From a virus (lineage: Duplodnaviria; Caudoviricetes), in IMG/VR virus record IMGVR_UViG_3300020045_012215, positions 1 to 35,709 of that record: a stretch of DNA of 35,709 nucleotides; one strand, given 5' to 3'. Within the stretch, counting starts at the first letter, position 1, and each line of letters starts with the position of its first letter. Shown one piece after another: positions 11,401-18,432 of the stretch. Made by a program: the position numbers and the translations under genes. The notes beneath the pieces are model-generated. The model was not told where the DNA came from. It searched no databases and was given only the letters and a program-made list of their open reading frames with translations.

Positions 11401-11440
11401 AGTCTGGCGTGCGCTGGTGGTTGGTAAGAAGCGCGAGTGA
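2441..11440 (+). CDS. Giant internal virion / large polyvalent protein (2999 aa): LPD22-like N-terminus, ADP-ribosyltransferase, EEVQSDW (GNAT-like) domain, HEXXH zincin-like peptidase, helical ejection-protein body
   Basis: Uninterrupted 9 kb ORF. Motifs: FKKWFG..VVYHGT..GMYFT..EILVF..QIKSATGNRGTFD (ART-PolyVal-like); LFLEEVQSDWHQ; ADLSTFLHETGHFFLE..HEQFARAFESYL. Position matches the largest ejection protein. Confidence 0.85.
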   Translation: MGSFSDRVLGQQPADDNVDASGLIAPETVTPVRPEAPAPTESGLARRVLGESDIESRIQFSATSSTKTSPDRAARILEIQDKTRLPIDLIQRNFETVDAAAKTSDFDPVKFRKESPVVASWMAEAPEHASIVMDDMTALSKTERIVRALVRGHATTEDYRSLIHTAGDSFPGRVYQLQAAQYRLNTLGAREIDGEVLTPEEEREASDLISRMGELNAFGKSGLPWAGKLIASGAIQYARGIYNAQQLGVMGATGAGAAALAGGVSAPATPAIASAGYAFGLQLGLLKETYRMEAGGAYYEFLQVKGEDGKPIDKDVAKAAARVVGALNAPLELLTIRSLVKTIPGGARVLNLMTKDWIKSQLERNTVRSAIKYALKKLTKTGAENALQEGSQELVTILAGEAAKSLSPGQFQSDSLWDNAKRVGESALGGAVMGVGLGLPGTLLQVNQDFARARKASQNEAMFKALGDAVKESKTFQKLPTKTQELVSSMTRDGAIETLYVPSDSFQTYWQEQGIEPRAMARDILGDTKAYDEAVAAGTDIPIPTAVYATKIAPTDHNAFFQAELRTTPDAMNARESNEFMRIVDEAASAADKGALPERALLVSGDIQTQLVAAGFDERTAENYSTLYGHAFNSLGERTGQDPFALYKRYGLKISRSDSAALGSQEAASVLSQEEIRPEAGVQPQSASARGQNIPASKPLGSEQAGIQATGAAQEGLPVHQPGPERAESVYRLSVPFDPSITSHPNFRKFFADADSVVRKYASLFGQDITPEFSLQAGETIHQDLRAAYTAATPELRAAAAQAVAEKYKGMDMNQVGSDMILLRQAAQVVKGYSEQGKQFMNEFVKQKLDSYTDEMRVKTGIEAESSSMTADTSLSSTAKVAGQSELFQGAMERELMKGPARAVFHGWFEAPEEFGGSFPVYNIRGQHDRYGSTVGRGTLESLGIEIPNTPTLAEWKNAGSKVTLEQPPIRNIVKQTDTPEFKKWFGASEVVDSDGQPLVVYHGTHAQERFNIFDPDATGKNTDYGWLGTGMYFTPYPGQAELYAKADTKNPAYPFTTDVPDNTRIMPVFLKAENPYKTDRPITHSFSQELRERGHDAIFWYDEIDNGVPREILVFSSEQIKSATGNRGTFDAGSKNILEQAPADNAPIFYSQLQRIIEAKMPNTAPVDQVRNIIKGGAVKQDEIEWSGIEDFLTGKVKVSKADLLDFLRSNEVKIQEVVKGRGISKEEQARLDVLRDASNERDLSASEMKEYDALAVKEEQSVGKADSTKFAQYQLPGGENYREVLLTLPIETKLPEGWSVRNDPEYGWIVESKGGETIQGSTKEEAIANARQRLMNNRHGTGDVFRSSHFEEPNILAHVRLNDRTTSDGKKMLFLEEVQSDWHQKGRDKGYRKGEIPRPEPITITGVTEREYDFMVHFSNGDNRGVGKGTLSGYGNGIESNKEGARAYFKDILEEDNRRVISEWKEGVSSLGDVPNAPFKKTWHELALKRMLRYAVDNGYDAIGWTTGEQQAERYDLSKQVDKISVPMVNKDNRSVRIDASNGTSFKLMVSNDGVVDGSYSGGQFSGKRLDEVVGKEMAKKIMELTSPKDFTGLDLKVGGEGMEGFYDQMIPSFLNKYTKKWGGRVGESVIHVTPKKVKFSRDAIASVEAHDNLGFDTAGEALQAVAIHDDFATRWEILNPEDVKVLTDWKNSQGAATIHSLEITPSIRESVKQGQPLFQRKGNEARGRIMFGSDRQFSIELLKNADLSTFLHETGHFFLEVMGDISEANADIKADMDEILKFMDVKSREEIGREQHEQFARAFESYLMEGKAPSAGLRQAFARFRAWLIAVYRSVVNLNVDLTPEVRGVFDRLVATKGEIGEAEVDTGLSPLFSDAKAMGMTDAQAQSYAEAVAEARDASEEELSTRVLRDFNRERRRVWNEARERFKAAAEEEVNQRKEQIALSALQRGKFPGGEDLPVEMSGIKLSKKAIVEQFGEERLRTLPKPYVYSADGGMHPDMAAEIFGFSSGDELMTAITTATPRKQLIDAMTTERMRAEFGDVLMDGRIPEEAVKAVHNQKRARLLQMELEYLASNNLPVVKGIVRRMSQRIPPLEAVTAQAEKTIASKSIRNMFPSAYRQAESRAAREATAAMLRGDFSAALSSKQKELLNHELFTAATRAVDETDSIISYLKRFDKPSVRERLGKAGGDYLDQIDSLLERYDFRRGTTLKEIDRRKSLAEWVEEQRAQGQDVDVPKNLINDAMRKHYKDASFEELQGLRDSVKMIAHLARVKSDLLANERLRTLEAARDEIVASISAHHTVTQQPIDFAPSLSSRMATKAREGVAAHTRMEFLFQFLDGNKPNGATWQTLFKPMVDAENKENEMIHAAGKDLRDIFSAYSRKERIGWFMKKTFIPEIGTSMNHANMLAVALNWGNEYNRQALMDGYGWTDGQVNAILSKLDDRDWDTVQKVWDHIDSYWPKIEAMEQQLNGVAPAKVDRSAFVVGGADGIPGRVTQRREISGGYYPIVFDSQLSWRQSNLEEAANVQDMFGGNWARAMTKKGHTIARKGTGGKPVLLQLTGLTRHITNVIHDLSFRPSIIDASKIIRHPDVRLAIEGSAGREMYRQLNPWLMAIAGDRRGEPMNPIEGLLGRARAGVTTVALGLKLSSGIIQTMGYLNTINEVGFSYAGRGLRDAFSRPTEIMKSWRFITDRSEMMRSRIENYDRDVRDAMQKLSIEGASSGIVGAVDAYTKDVRNSFFSFIGLMDLATSVPTWLAGYHKAMDGNVENITAGDERGAIDYADSVVRKTQSAGAAKDLASIQRGSETFKIFTMFYSQLSLQFNMMASAVQGYRLDKNMGRLVGAAALLWFIPAVMEDVLRARLPDSDDDPEKWAAWFARNQALYPFNTVVLVRDLANSLESYLESGRKEFSGSPVFDVGQSIVGLASLVTKPATGEDVSRSDIKNAAMAAGYVFQLPTRQTWQTVEYLYDWMTGDQSPSNPAEGVWRALVVGKKRE

Positions 11441-11498
11441 TTGTGCACATTTTCGACACTGGCGAATCGTCTGAATACCGGTTACAATCGGAGGGATC

Positions 11499-12524
11499 AT
11501 GACAGTTCCGAACATCAGCAAGCGCAACGATTATGTGGGAGATGGCGCTACAAGCGTCTTTCCTTATTCATTCCGTATTCTTGACGCCTCCGAAATCCGC
11601 GTTCTTACGCTCGACCCGGATACGAATATCCAAACGCTATTGACGCTCAATACAGATTATACGGTAGACGGAGTCGGATCTGCAGGTGGTAACGTTACAC
11701 TCACCGCCGGGAATCTTGCCGATGGACACCCTCTCACGATCCGGAGATACCGCAATGTGATTCAAGACGCCGATTTTAGGAATGTTGGGAGTTTCCTTCC
11801 TGAAAGCGTTGAAGATGCACTCGATAAGCTGTGCATGGAATTACAGAGCGTCCATGACGAGGTCGATCGCTGTATAAAATTTCAAGAGATCGAGGCCGGG
11901 AGTAATGCGACTACGATCATACCCGTTCGAGCTGCGAGGGCAGGATATTTAATTGGATTCGATGATGATGGCGACATCACCATGGAAACATCCAGTGGGC
12001 ATTCAGGCCCCACCGTGCAAGAACTTTCTGTTGCTCCAGTTCCAGGAGGGCCAGCGCAATTTTATCGCATTGGTGGAGTCTTGAAATATTTCGACGGGTC
12101 CACGTCGGTGACGGTTGGCCTGAGTCCAGATGCCACATCGTCATATGCGCGCGCCGTAAAAACATCCAACCAATCCGTTCTTGCTGGTGCGACTGACAAG
12201 GTCGCCTTCCAAAGCAAAACATTCGATCTAAACTCCGAATTCGATGCGACAACGAACTACAGGTTTACCGCTCAGACGGCCGGAGTGTATCAGGTAAGCG
12301 TAAATCTTGGTCTCACAACCGACTCTGGTCCCGAGGTGTTCTTATACAAGAACGGGTCAGCGTATTCAAAAAACATCGACAAAGCGTCCGCGCTTTCAGA
12401 TCTTGTGAGTCTTGGTGTCGGAGATTATGTCGAGGTGTTCTACAACAATTCGACGGGTTCGACTGTCACGATTTACGCAAGCGGAAACATCGCGTCTTAT
12501 ATCTCAATTGTAAAAATAAAGTGA
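11499..12524 (+). CDS. Tail fibre with T7-type N-terminal anchor and C-terminal C1q-like domain
   Basis: N-term 'YVGDGATSVFPYSFRI..DYTV..ALDKL'; C-term 'KVAFQSKTFDLNSEFDATTNYRFTAQTAGVYQV..LVSLGVGDYVEVF' fits the C1q/TNF jelly-roll pattern; GGAGG RBS. Confidence 0.8.
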   Translation: MTVPNISKRNDYVGDGATSVFPYSFRILDASEIRVLTLDPDTNIQTLLTLNTDYTVDGVGSAGGNVTLTAGNLADGHPLTIRRYRNVIQDADFRNVGSFLPESVEDALDKLCMELQSVHDEVDRCIKFQEIEAGSNATTIIPVRAARAGYLIGFDDDGDITMETSSGHSGPTVQELSVAPVPGGPAQFYRIGGVLKYFDGSTSVTVGLSPDATSSYARAVKTSNQSVLAGATDKVAFQSKTFDLNSEFDATTNYRFTAQTAGVYQVSVNLGLTTDSGPEVFLYKNGSAYSKNIDKASALSDLVSLGVGDYVEVFYNNSTGSTVTIYASGNIASYISIVKIK

Positions 12525-12533
12525 GGTGATGGT

Positions 12534-13658
12534 ATGAAAAAACTGCTTATTCCAATCGCTGCGCTTCTTTGGTCTGTTTGCGCGCCACGCGTTTTCGCTG
12601 CGCAATCGCTTGTTGCTACCAGCACGGCGGTGACCGTGAACGCGCCGATGACGTGTACGAATTCGGCGACCTTTTCGTCTACGGCCACGTTTTACAAGGG
12701 AACTATACCGGCCGTATCGACTGGATCGGTGGTTCATCTGAGCACTTCCGGTCTGATGACTGGAACCACGGATTTTACATATACACCTGGAAGCAGTGCG
12801 TCCGCAACATCCACGCCTTCAACCGCGTCGTTTACGGCCGACCAGGCTGGTGATGGATCAACGACGCCGCTGACGTTTAACGCCACGGCAAGCGGATCGG
12901 ACACTTACTTATTGCTGGCGTGCACGTCTGTTGGCGGTGCAACACCTATCACATCTGCTCCGACGTTCAACGGTGATGCAATGACGCTGTTGTCCTCAGC
13001 AGCGGCGACGGCTTATAATTATTACACGTATGGGTTGGTAAATCCTGACACCGGAGAGCATGTCGTTTCTGTGGCGTGGTCGGACGGTGAAGTCCCTTAC
13101 ACGTGCGAAACTGCCTCCTTGGCCGGTGTGGCTCAGACGTCTTCTATCGCTTCTATTGTGTTCTCTACGGTAGCGTTGACGACAGGACAATCGATCACGA
13201 ACGCCCCAACAACGGCTGCTGGAACGGCGGTGTTCAGCGCTGGATTTATCAGCGACTACATTGGCCCAAACTCTGGAACGCTGCGTTACGCAACGGCGGG
13301 GGAAGAAATTGCATACCCGGGAACTATTCCTTCTTCCTATGCTGGTATGGCCCTGACGCAGCGCTCAGGTGCGACGACGAATAATACGTGGACATTTACC
13401 GGGTCCGGTACGATAACCGCAGGGAACGTAAGCGTTGTTTTGAATCCATCCACTTCTGCTACCGTAACTCCAGGGGTTGTGCTCGTTGGGTCTGGCGCAT
13501 ATTTTCAAGCGTCGAAGCGTAACGCGGGTGCTCCGACATCAGGTGATTGCGACGCTGACTCTGAGTGGGGTCGTATCGCCATCGACACGACCAACAATCG
13601 GCTTTACATTTGTAATGGGGCTTCACGTGGATGGGATTATGTAGGACTTACCAACTGA
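12534..13658 (+). CDS. Signal-peptide-bearing, Thr/Ser-rich beta protein with a fibre-like C-terminal motif
   Basis: MKKLLIPIAALLWSVCAPRVFA-AQ resembles a Sec/SPI signal; C-term 'GRIAIDTTNNRLYIC..W' resembles phage fibre trimerization motifs; GAGGTG RBS. Confidence 0.6.
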   Translation: MKKLLIPIAALLWSVCAPRVFAAQSLVATSTAVTVNAPMTCTNSATFSSTATFYKGTIPAVSTGSVVHLSTSGLMTGTTDFTYTPGSSASATSTPSTASFTADQAGDGSTTPLTFNATASGSDTYLLLACTSVGGATPITSAPTFNGDAMTLLSSAAATAYNYYTYGLVNPDTGEHVVSVAWSDGEVPYTCETASLAGVAQTSSIASIVFSTVALTTGQSITNAPTTAAGTAVFSAGFISDYIGPNSGTLRYATAGEEIAYPGTIPSSYAGMALTQRSGATTNNTWTFTGSGTITAGNVSVVLNPSTSATVTPGVVLVGSGAYFQASKRNAGAPTSGDCDADSEWGRIAIDTTNNRLYICNGASRGWDYVGLTN

Positions 13659-13924
13659 TGAGCATGTCATCCGACCTGCTCAAATCAATGAGTGACACGG
13701 CCAATGCGCTTGGACGGCTACAGAGCGCGCAGGAGTCGACTCTTGAATACGTTAAATCTGTGAGCAAGCGTATCTCTGAGGTCGCAGTGAGTGTCCAGGA
13801 ACACGTCGCAGATCCACTCGCTCACGGGCGATCAGAGCGTAGACGCGTCATTGTTGATGTGAAATCGTGGATATCATTGGTCGTTGCCCTATGCGCTCTG
13901 TATGTGTCATTCAGGCACTCATGA
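13658..13924 (+). CDS. Small coiled-coil protein with C-terminal TM helix (holin/XhlA-like lysis-region protein)
   Basis: TGATG coupling at 13658; coiled coil followed by 'WISLVVALCALYVSF'; lies before the endolysin. Confidence 0.5.
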   Translation: MSMSSDLLKSMSDTANALGRLQSAQESTLEYVKSVSKRISEVAVSVQEHVADPLAHGRSERRRVIVDVKSWISLVVALCALYVSFRHS

Positions 13925-14054
13925 TACGGTCGTGTGCGTTTGCTGTGGTGCTGAGCTGTGTGGCACATCACTCGCAGAGGCGCTCCGCTTCGGAGCACCT
14001 TTTATTTGTCCGGCCTGCATTTTGGATGGACACGGAATAATCTGGAGGGTTCTC

Positions 14055-14501
14055 ATGGATAGACTGGCCCTGATTGATGCATGTTGCGAAGCTTACGACC
14101 GATTTAGCCTATCGCGTGACGTTACAGGAGATGGGATAAAAGAAACGTTCTGCAACCTAGCTGTCGCCTACGTATGCAAGCAACTCGGATATCACCGCCT
14201 GCAAGGGATGGTCGCCAATCAGATGGTCGAGTTTTTAAAGACATCGACCGATTGGGAAAGCGTTCCGATCCAGATCGCACAGGATTATGCGAATCAGGGA
14301 CGACTGCTTATCGCAGGACAATCAAACGCCCCGCACGGTCATGTCGCTGTAATACGTCCAGGACGCGCTGGTAAATCGAAGAAGTGGGGTGTCCCATCAC
14401 CGAAGGTATGCCATGTCGGGGCCTCGTCCTGCATTGGAGAACATTTAGGTTTTGCGTTTTCAGAAATGCCAGGAATCTGGATGCTACGGGAGCAATCATG
14501 A
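14055..14501 (+). CDS. Endolysin, papain-like (NlpC/P60/CHAP-type) cysteine amidase
   Basis: GGAGG RBS before ATG 14055; candidate catalytic Cys in 'TFCN' and His in 'HGHVAVI'; flanked by holin-like genes. Confidence 0.7.
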   Translation: MDRLALIDACCEAYDRFSLSRDVTGDGIKETFCNLAVAYVCKQLGYHRLQGMVANQMVEFLKTSTDWESVPIQIAQDYANQGRLLIAGQSNAPHGHVAVIRPGRAGKSKKWGVPSPKVCHVGASSCIGEHLGFAFSEMPGIWMLREQS

Positions 14502-14752
14502 ATAAACCTGCATGGGTTGATGCGATGCCTCCGATTGTAGGTGGGTTTTTATTTTATGGTTCCAGAAAATTCGGGACGGGCCTGTGGATTATCGTATTGG
14601 CTACGTATATGGTGCGCGCAGCTGCGCTCCCATTAAGCGACTGGAAAGACTTGATCCTGGTCGCCTCTCTGCTGATAGGTGGTGGAACTATTGCAGACAA
14701 ATATCTACAACGTCCGGACGCTTCGCAAAATGCTGACCGTCAGCCTCAGTAA
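14498..14752 (+). CDS. Holin
   Basis: ATGA overlap with endolysin stop; 84 aa; 'SRKF' motif followed by two hydrophobic helices and a polar tail. Confidence 0.65.
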   Translation: MNKPAWVDAMPPIVGGFLFYGSRKFGTGLWIIVLATYMVRAAALPLSDWKDLILVASLLIGGGTIADKYLQRPDASQNADRQPQ

Positions 14753-15230
14753 CGTCAACTGGAGACGCGCAGCTGGTATCGCTGGCGCTGTGTCTGTTGT
14801 TCTGCTGTTCCTGTTCGTCCGCCTTCAGGAGATCGAGCTGAGACGCACGCGAGCTGTGACTGAGCGTTATGTCGCTGCCTATCAGCATCCACGTATCGTA
14901 GAGCGCACGCGAACGGTCACGATCGAGGGTCCGATACGCATTGTGACGCGGGTGGTGGAGTCGGATGGTCACAAAGAAACAGTGACCACAGAAGAGCATG
15001 GGGCCGTCGTTCATATCGGTGCTGTCGATTTTTTGAGCGATCCAATTCTGCCTCCATCAGAAACGCGACACGGTGGATTTCTTACCGGTATCTCTTGGGA
15101 GCATACACATTGGCGTGAGCGTGAGGGCTGGACATTGTGGGCAGGCTATTCACTCATGGGACGCCTTGACATGAGCGCCGGTTACAGTGGGCGCAATCGT
15201 CTTGAATTTATGACCGCGTGGAGGTGGTAA
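14730..15230 (+). CDS. Spanin-position protein: N-terminal TM helix, periplasmic linker, four C-terminal amphipathic beta strands ending in Trp
   Basis: Follows the holin; TM 'AAGIAGAVSVVLLFLFV'; C-term strands GFLTGISW / GWTLWAGYSL / LDMSAGYS / LEFMTAWRW. Confidence 0.55.
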   Translation: MLTVSLSNVNWRRAAGIAGAVSVVLLFLFVRLQEIELRRTRAVTERYVAAYQHPRIVERTRTVTIEGPIRIVTRVVESDGHKETVTTEEHGAVVHIGAVDFLSDPILPPSETRHGGFLTGISWEHTHWREREGWTLWAGYSLMGRLDMSAGYSGRNRLEFMTAWRW

Positions 15231-15231
15231 G

Positions 15232-15570
15232 ATGAATCAGGCCATGTTTGATTTGGTGCTTAGAAAAGCACATGACCGGCAGAAAAGTGTGCTGTGTCAA
15301 AAAGCGACAGAATACGCGCGGAGTTCGGACCGTCTCTGGAATTTCAAAAAGGCAGCGACACTTTGTGACAGCACTCCTGAAAAGGCGCTGCTTGGGATGC
15401 TTGTAAAACACCTCGTTTCCGTATCTGATTTGTGCCGGGACTTAGAAGATGGCATCGAACATCCTCTTCCGTTGTGGGTTGAAAAGATCGGTGATTCTCA
15501 GAATTATCTGCTTCTTTTGGAGGCGTTGATTTTGGAGCGCTACGGCCGATCCGCGTCTGTCAGCAAATAA
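15232..15570 (+). CDS. Nucleotide-modification-associated domain 1 (DUF1599-like), all-alpha NTP-pyrophosphatase-like protein
   Basis: 'KATEYA..DRLWNF..KHL..EKIGDSQNYLLLL' motif pattern; GGAGG RBS. Confidence 0.6.
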   Translation: MNQAMFDLVLRKAHDRQKSVLCQKATEYARSSDRLWNFKKAATLCDSTPEKALLGMLVKHLVSVSDLCRDLEDGIEHPLPLWVEKIGDSQNYLLLLEALILERYGRSASVSK

Positions 15571-15576
15571 TCTCCC

Positions 15577-15619
15577 AAGAGGGGCATCGCCTATCCAAGC
15601 GCGATGCCCCTCTTTCTTT
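15577..15619. terminator. Intrinsic terminator between convergent operons
   Basis: 14-bp perfect stem AAGAGGGGCATCGC (15577-15590) / GCGATGCCCCTCTT (15601-15614), then TCTTT. Confidence 0.85.
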
Positions 15620-15843
15620 CACACCATTGTATCGCGTGGTAATATGAGATGCGATTTCTCACGCGCTGCCATGAGCTTGTGTTCCGTGTGAATGCGCTTA
15701 AGAATCAGGATTGCCGATACCATGGCTGGACTTAAGCTCTGACCAGATTTCGCCAGTTTACCCATCTCAGCGAAGCTTGGCATCGATGTGATCTTAAGCT
15801 TCCCTTCCGGAGTGTCTTCAAACTGCAGGATAACGCGCGCCAT
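15619..15843 (-). CDS. Hypothetical protein
   Basis: 74 aa, start overlaps the recT stop. Confidence 0.6.
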   Translation of the reverse strand: MARVILQFEDTPEGKLKITSMPSFAEMGKLAKSGQSLSPAMVSAILILKRIHTEHKLMAAREKSHLILPRDTMV

Positions 15844-16754
15844 TAGATGGGCACCTCAGTATCTAATGTGGACTCATCCTGCGCCTCACCGACAATCTCC
15901 GCAACGTCAGGCGCTGTGGTTGTAGCGGGCGATGAATTTTTGGATTGCGTTGATGCAGGAACGACGTCCGCATCGATGGCCTCATGCATCCGTGATTTCG
16001 GCTTTGGCGATGATTCCTGAGGCGTCGGAGCAGATGACATTGTGGGAGCTTCATCCGTATCCACCTCATCATCTTCACGGTCGATGACATCAGCCATGTC
16101 AGTCGACATTGGCATGCGCTTCGACATTCTCTTGATGACCGTCTTCTTCCATTGTTCATGCGGCCATTTCACCCACGGGCTGTCCGCGAAAGAGGCCCCC
16201 GGACTGGCGGCGCGAACGAGTAGGATTTCCGCCTCCGACATCACCTCACGGTATTTGAATCCATCCTTCATGGTGGCGATGGCATAGGCTCCGATCGCCT
16301 TCCCGCGATCCTGACCGAGAGGTGGGACTTCATGAATGATCATTTCATCGTCGCCCATGCGCCAGATGAATTTGTCGTGCTCGTGGACGATGTGTGCGGT
16401 GATTGATCCAAGCTCCCCCGAATTACGGATCTTCTTCAGAATACCACCTACCATTGGGAGGTAGTTTACGCGCCCTTTATACGACACAAGGGCGGCTTCA
16501 CGTCCGTCAGGCACAAGGCCGTCGGCCGCGCACTTCAGCGCAGCGCGGTAGAGTGACCCCTTGTCGACGTTCGCATCGATCAGTTTTTTATCGTTCTGGA
16601 TCGCTGTCAGAAGAACACGCGTGAAATGCGCGGGCTTGATGTTGCTTGGAAGGACTTTTTTAAGCTCCGGCTCCAGAATAGACAGCGTGCTCTTCACCTC
16701 ATCGATCGGGCTTAATACCTTCTTGTCCGCTGTTGAAAGTGCTGTATTAGCCAT
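15843..16754 (-). CDS. recT: RecT-family single-strand annealing recombinase
   Basis: 'CAADGLVPDGREAALVSY..MVGGILKKIRNSG..GAYAIA..SPW..W..KKTVIKR..K.MP' RecT pattern; acidic disordered tail. Confidence 0.9.
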   Translation of the reverse strand: MANTALSTADKKVLSPIDEVKSTLSILEPELKKVLPSNIKPAHFTRVLLTAIQNDKKLIDANVDKGSLYRAALKCAADGLVPDGREAALVSYKGRVNYLPMVGGILKKIRNSGELGSITAHIVHEHDKFIWRMGDDEMIIHEVPPLGQDRGKAIGAYAIATMKDGFKYREVMSEAEILLVRAASPGASFADSPWVKWPHEQWKKTVIKRMSKRMPMSTDMADVIDREDDEVDTDEAPTMSSAPTPQESSPKPKSRMHEAIDADVVPASTQSKNSSPATTTAPDVAEIVGEAQDESTLDTEVPI

Positions 16755-16950
16755 TTTTCACATCCTCCACTTTTTTTGTGTCGTCGAAGATGTATATCCG
16801 ATTCGGATACAAATCATTGACAACGTTTTCTTTCGGCGTTCCGCCGGGGAAATAACTAACGACGTGTCGTGATCCTGCTAGCGCGTCATTGATCAGCTTG
16901 CTGATCTTCGGAGCGTTGTGATCCGTTCCTGTGATTTTTATTTGGATCAC
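16747..16950 (-). CDS. Hypothetical protein
   Basis: 67 aa, overlaps both neighbours in a coupled operon. Confidence 0.55.
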   Translation of the reverse strand: MIQIKITGTDHNAPKISKLINDALAGSRHVVSYFPGGTPKENVVNDLYPNRIYIFDDTKKVEDVKNG

Positions 16951-17150
16951 GGCTGTGTGCCTCCCTGCGCGTCGACCTTGGCCGTGTTGACGACAACGTG
17001 CCCGGTAGATGAGAGTCGCACAAGATCTTCCTGCGTGGCTACGGTCGCATCGATAGAGCGATGCATGATATGACGAATTGCGTCGGCGCGCGAAGCGGCA
17101 CGCACAAGAACTGTTTCATTCAACACAATAACCTTATAGATCCGATTCAT
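16947..17150 (-). CDS. Hypothetical protein
   Basis: AAGGAG RBS before ATG 17150; 'LVRAASRADAIRH..VATQEDLV' resembles a common small phage protein. Confidence 0.65.
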   Translation of the reverse strand: MNRIYKVIVLNETVLVRAASRADAIRHIMHRSIDATVATQEDLVRLSSTGHVVVNTAKVDAQGGTQP

Positions 17151-18432
17151 TTGACAACTCCTTGGTTTCGTTTTTAGCGTCATGATGTGCCTCCGTCATG
17201 ACCGCATGTTTTGCATTAAGCACCTTCCCTTCTTCCAATACAAATCCGACTTTGCCAGTTGAGTCGACGCGCTCGATCCACACCTGGTAATCGTTGGACT
17301 TCGCCATTTCTTCGAGCAGTTTAAGAGCATCATCATCAAGCAAGCTGCCATCTCTCACACGGATGACGCGCAGCTTGGGATGCATCGCCATCGCAATTGC
17401 GATGGATACACGTAACTGCTCGGCGTCGGACGCCTGGTCAAGCGGGACGCCATTCATGAGGACACAGCCATCCCCGAATCCAATTCCTGCGACTGGAAGT
17501 TTCGCTGCGGCGATTGTGCCTCGACGCTGCGCCTCTCTCTCCCCCATACGCTTCGTCACTTCTTCTGACTTCTTCATGAAGTGATTGGCCTCTTCGATAT
17601 GAAGCTTTTTCTTGGCACGAAGGTGGACGTCCGCATTAACCTCCTGTGCCTCTGCGATCTGACGCCGCAGATGCTCGATGTTAATTGGTTCTGGCAAAGC
17701 GGGTGCGTTCGCCAACTGCTGTTCGAGTTTTACGGCCTTATCGACCAGCTCTTTCGCCTGACGGCGATGCTCCATTGCCTCCGCCGCCATCGCATCCCGT
17801 CGGTTTTTACGAATGATTATTTCTGAGTTATGCTTCGACGCCGACTCCAGCTGATCAATGAGCGCCGCGTCGTCAATAGCCAACTGTGGACCGTCCGCAG
17901 GCACAAGAATCTTGTCGGCTAGGACTCTGGCATCTTTTGCGCGACGATTCAATTCTGTGCGCTCATCGTAATCTTTTTTGTTTTCCCGATCCATCGCTGC
18001 GAAGTCGATGCCAGGAACGAACTGCGCGAGCGTTTTGAACTGCTCTGAACGATCCATCCGTGAGAACGCCAGAGGGTCGAATGTGAGCGATCCCATGAGA
18101 CTGTCCAGCATGGACTGTGGTGACATGAAAGGCGTTCCGTCTGCATTGAGAACGGAAAGCTTCGTAGTGAAATCCGTCTCTCCGCGTCGCGTGAATGAGC
18201 GCGTTACAACAATTTCACCCATATCCAGCCGGATGCGTGCCTCCATCTCACCGTTGCGTATTGGAGATGCCTGTACGTTCCCTGCTCCTGCCAGCGCCCA
18301 CCAGATGGCATCGAGGACGGACGTTTTACCCTGTCCATTTTTTCCCGTGATCTGAACCAAGCTGCTGTCCGGTCGGATTTCAACCGCGACCAGCTTCTTG
18401 ATATTTTCTGCCTGCAGAGAAATTATCTTCAT
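17134..18432 (-). CDS. SMC/Rad50(SbcC)-like ABC ATPase with coiled coil
   Basis: Walker A GKNGQGKT, central coiled coil, degenerate signature ASDAEQ, Walker B/D-loop 'VIRVRDGSLLD'. Confidence 0.8.
   Translation of the reverse strand: MKIISLQAENIKKLVAVEIRPDSSLVQITGKNGQGKTSVLDAIWWALAGAGNVQASPIRNGEMEARIRLDMGEIVVTRSFTRRGETDFTTKLSVLNADGTPFMSPQSMLDSLMGSLTFDPLAFSRMDRSEQFKTLAQFVPGIDFAAMDRENKKDYDERTELNRRAKDARVLADKILVPADGPQLAIDDAALIDQLESASKHNSEIIIRKNRRDAMAAEAMEHRRQAKELVDKAVKLEQQLANAPALPEPINIEHLRRQIAEAQEVNADVHLRAKKKLHIEEANHFMKKSEEVTKRMGEREAQRRGTIAAAKLPVAGIGFGDGCVLMNGVPLDQASDAEQLRVSIAIAMAMHPKLRVIRVRDGSLLDDDALKLLEEMAKSNDYQVWIERVDSTGKVGFVLEEGKVLNAKHAVMTEAHHDAKNETKELSNESDL

Noticed and set aside
11460-11488. 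Promoter upstream of the tail fibre (TGGCGA-17-TACAAT)
   Set aside because: Good -10 but poor -35; not enough support to list as a feature
11499-15570. Diversity-generating retroelement, expected from the BPP-1-like architecture
   Set aside because: No reverse transcriptase ORF and no adenine-variable TR/VR repeat pair seen by eye
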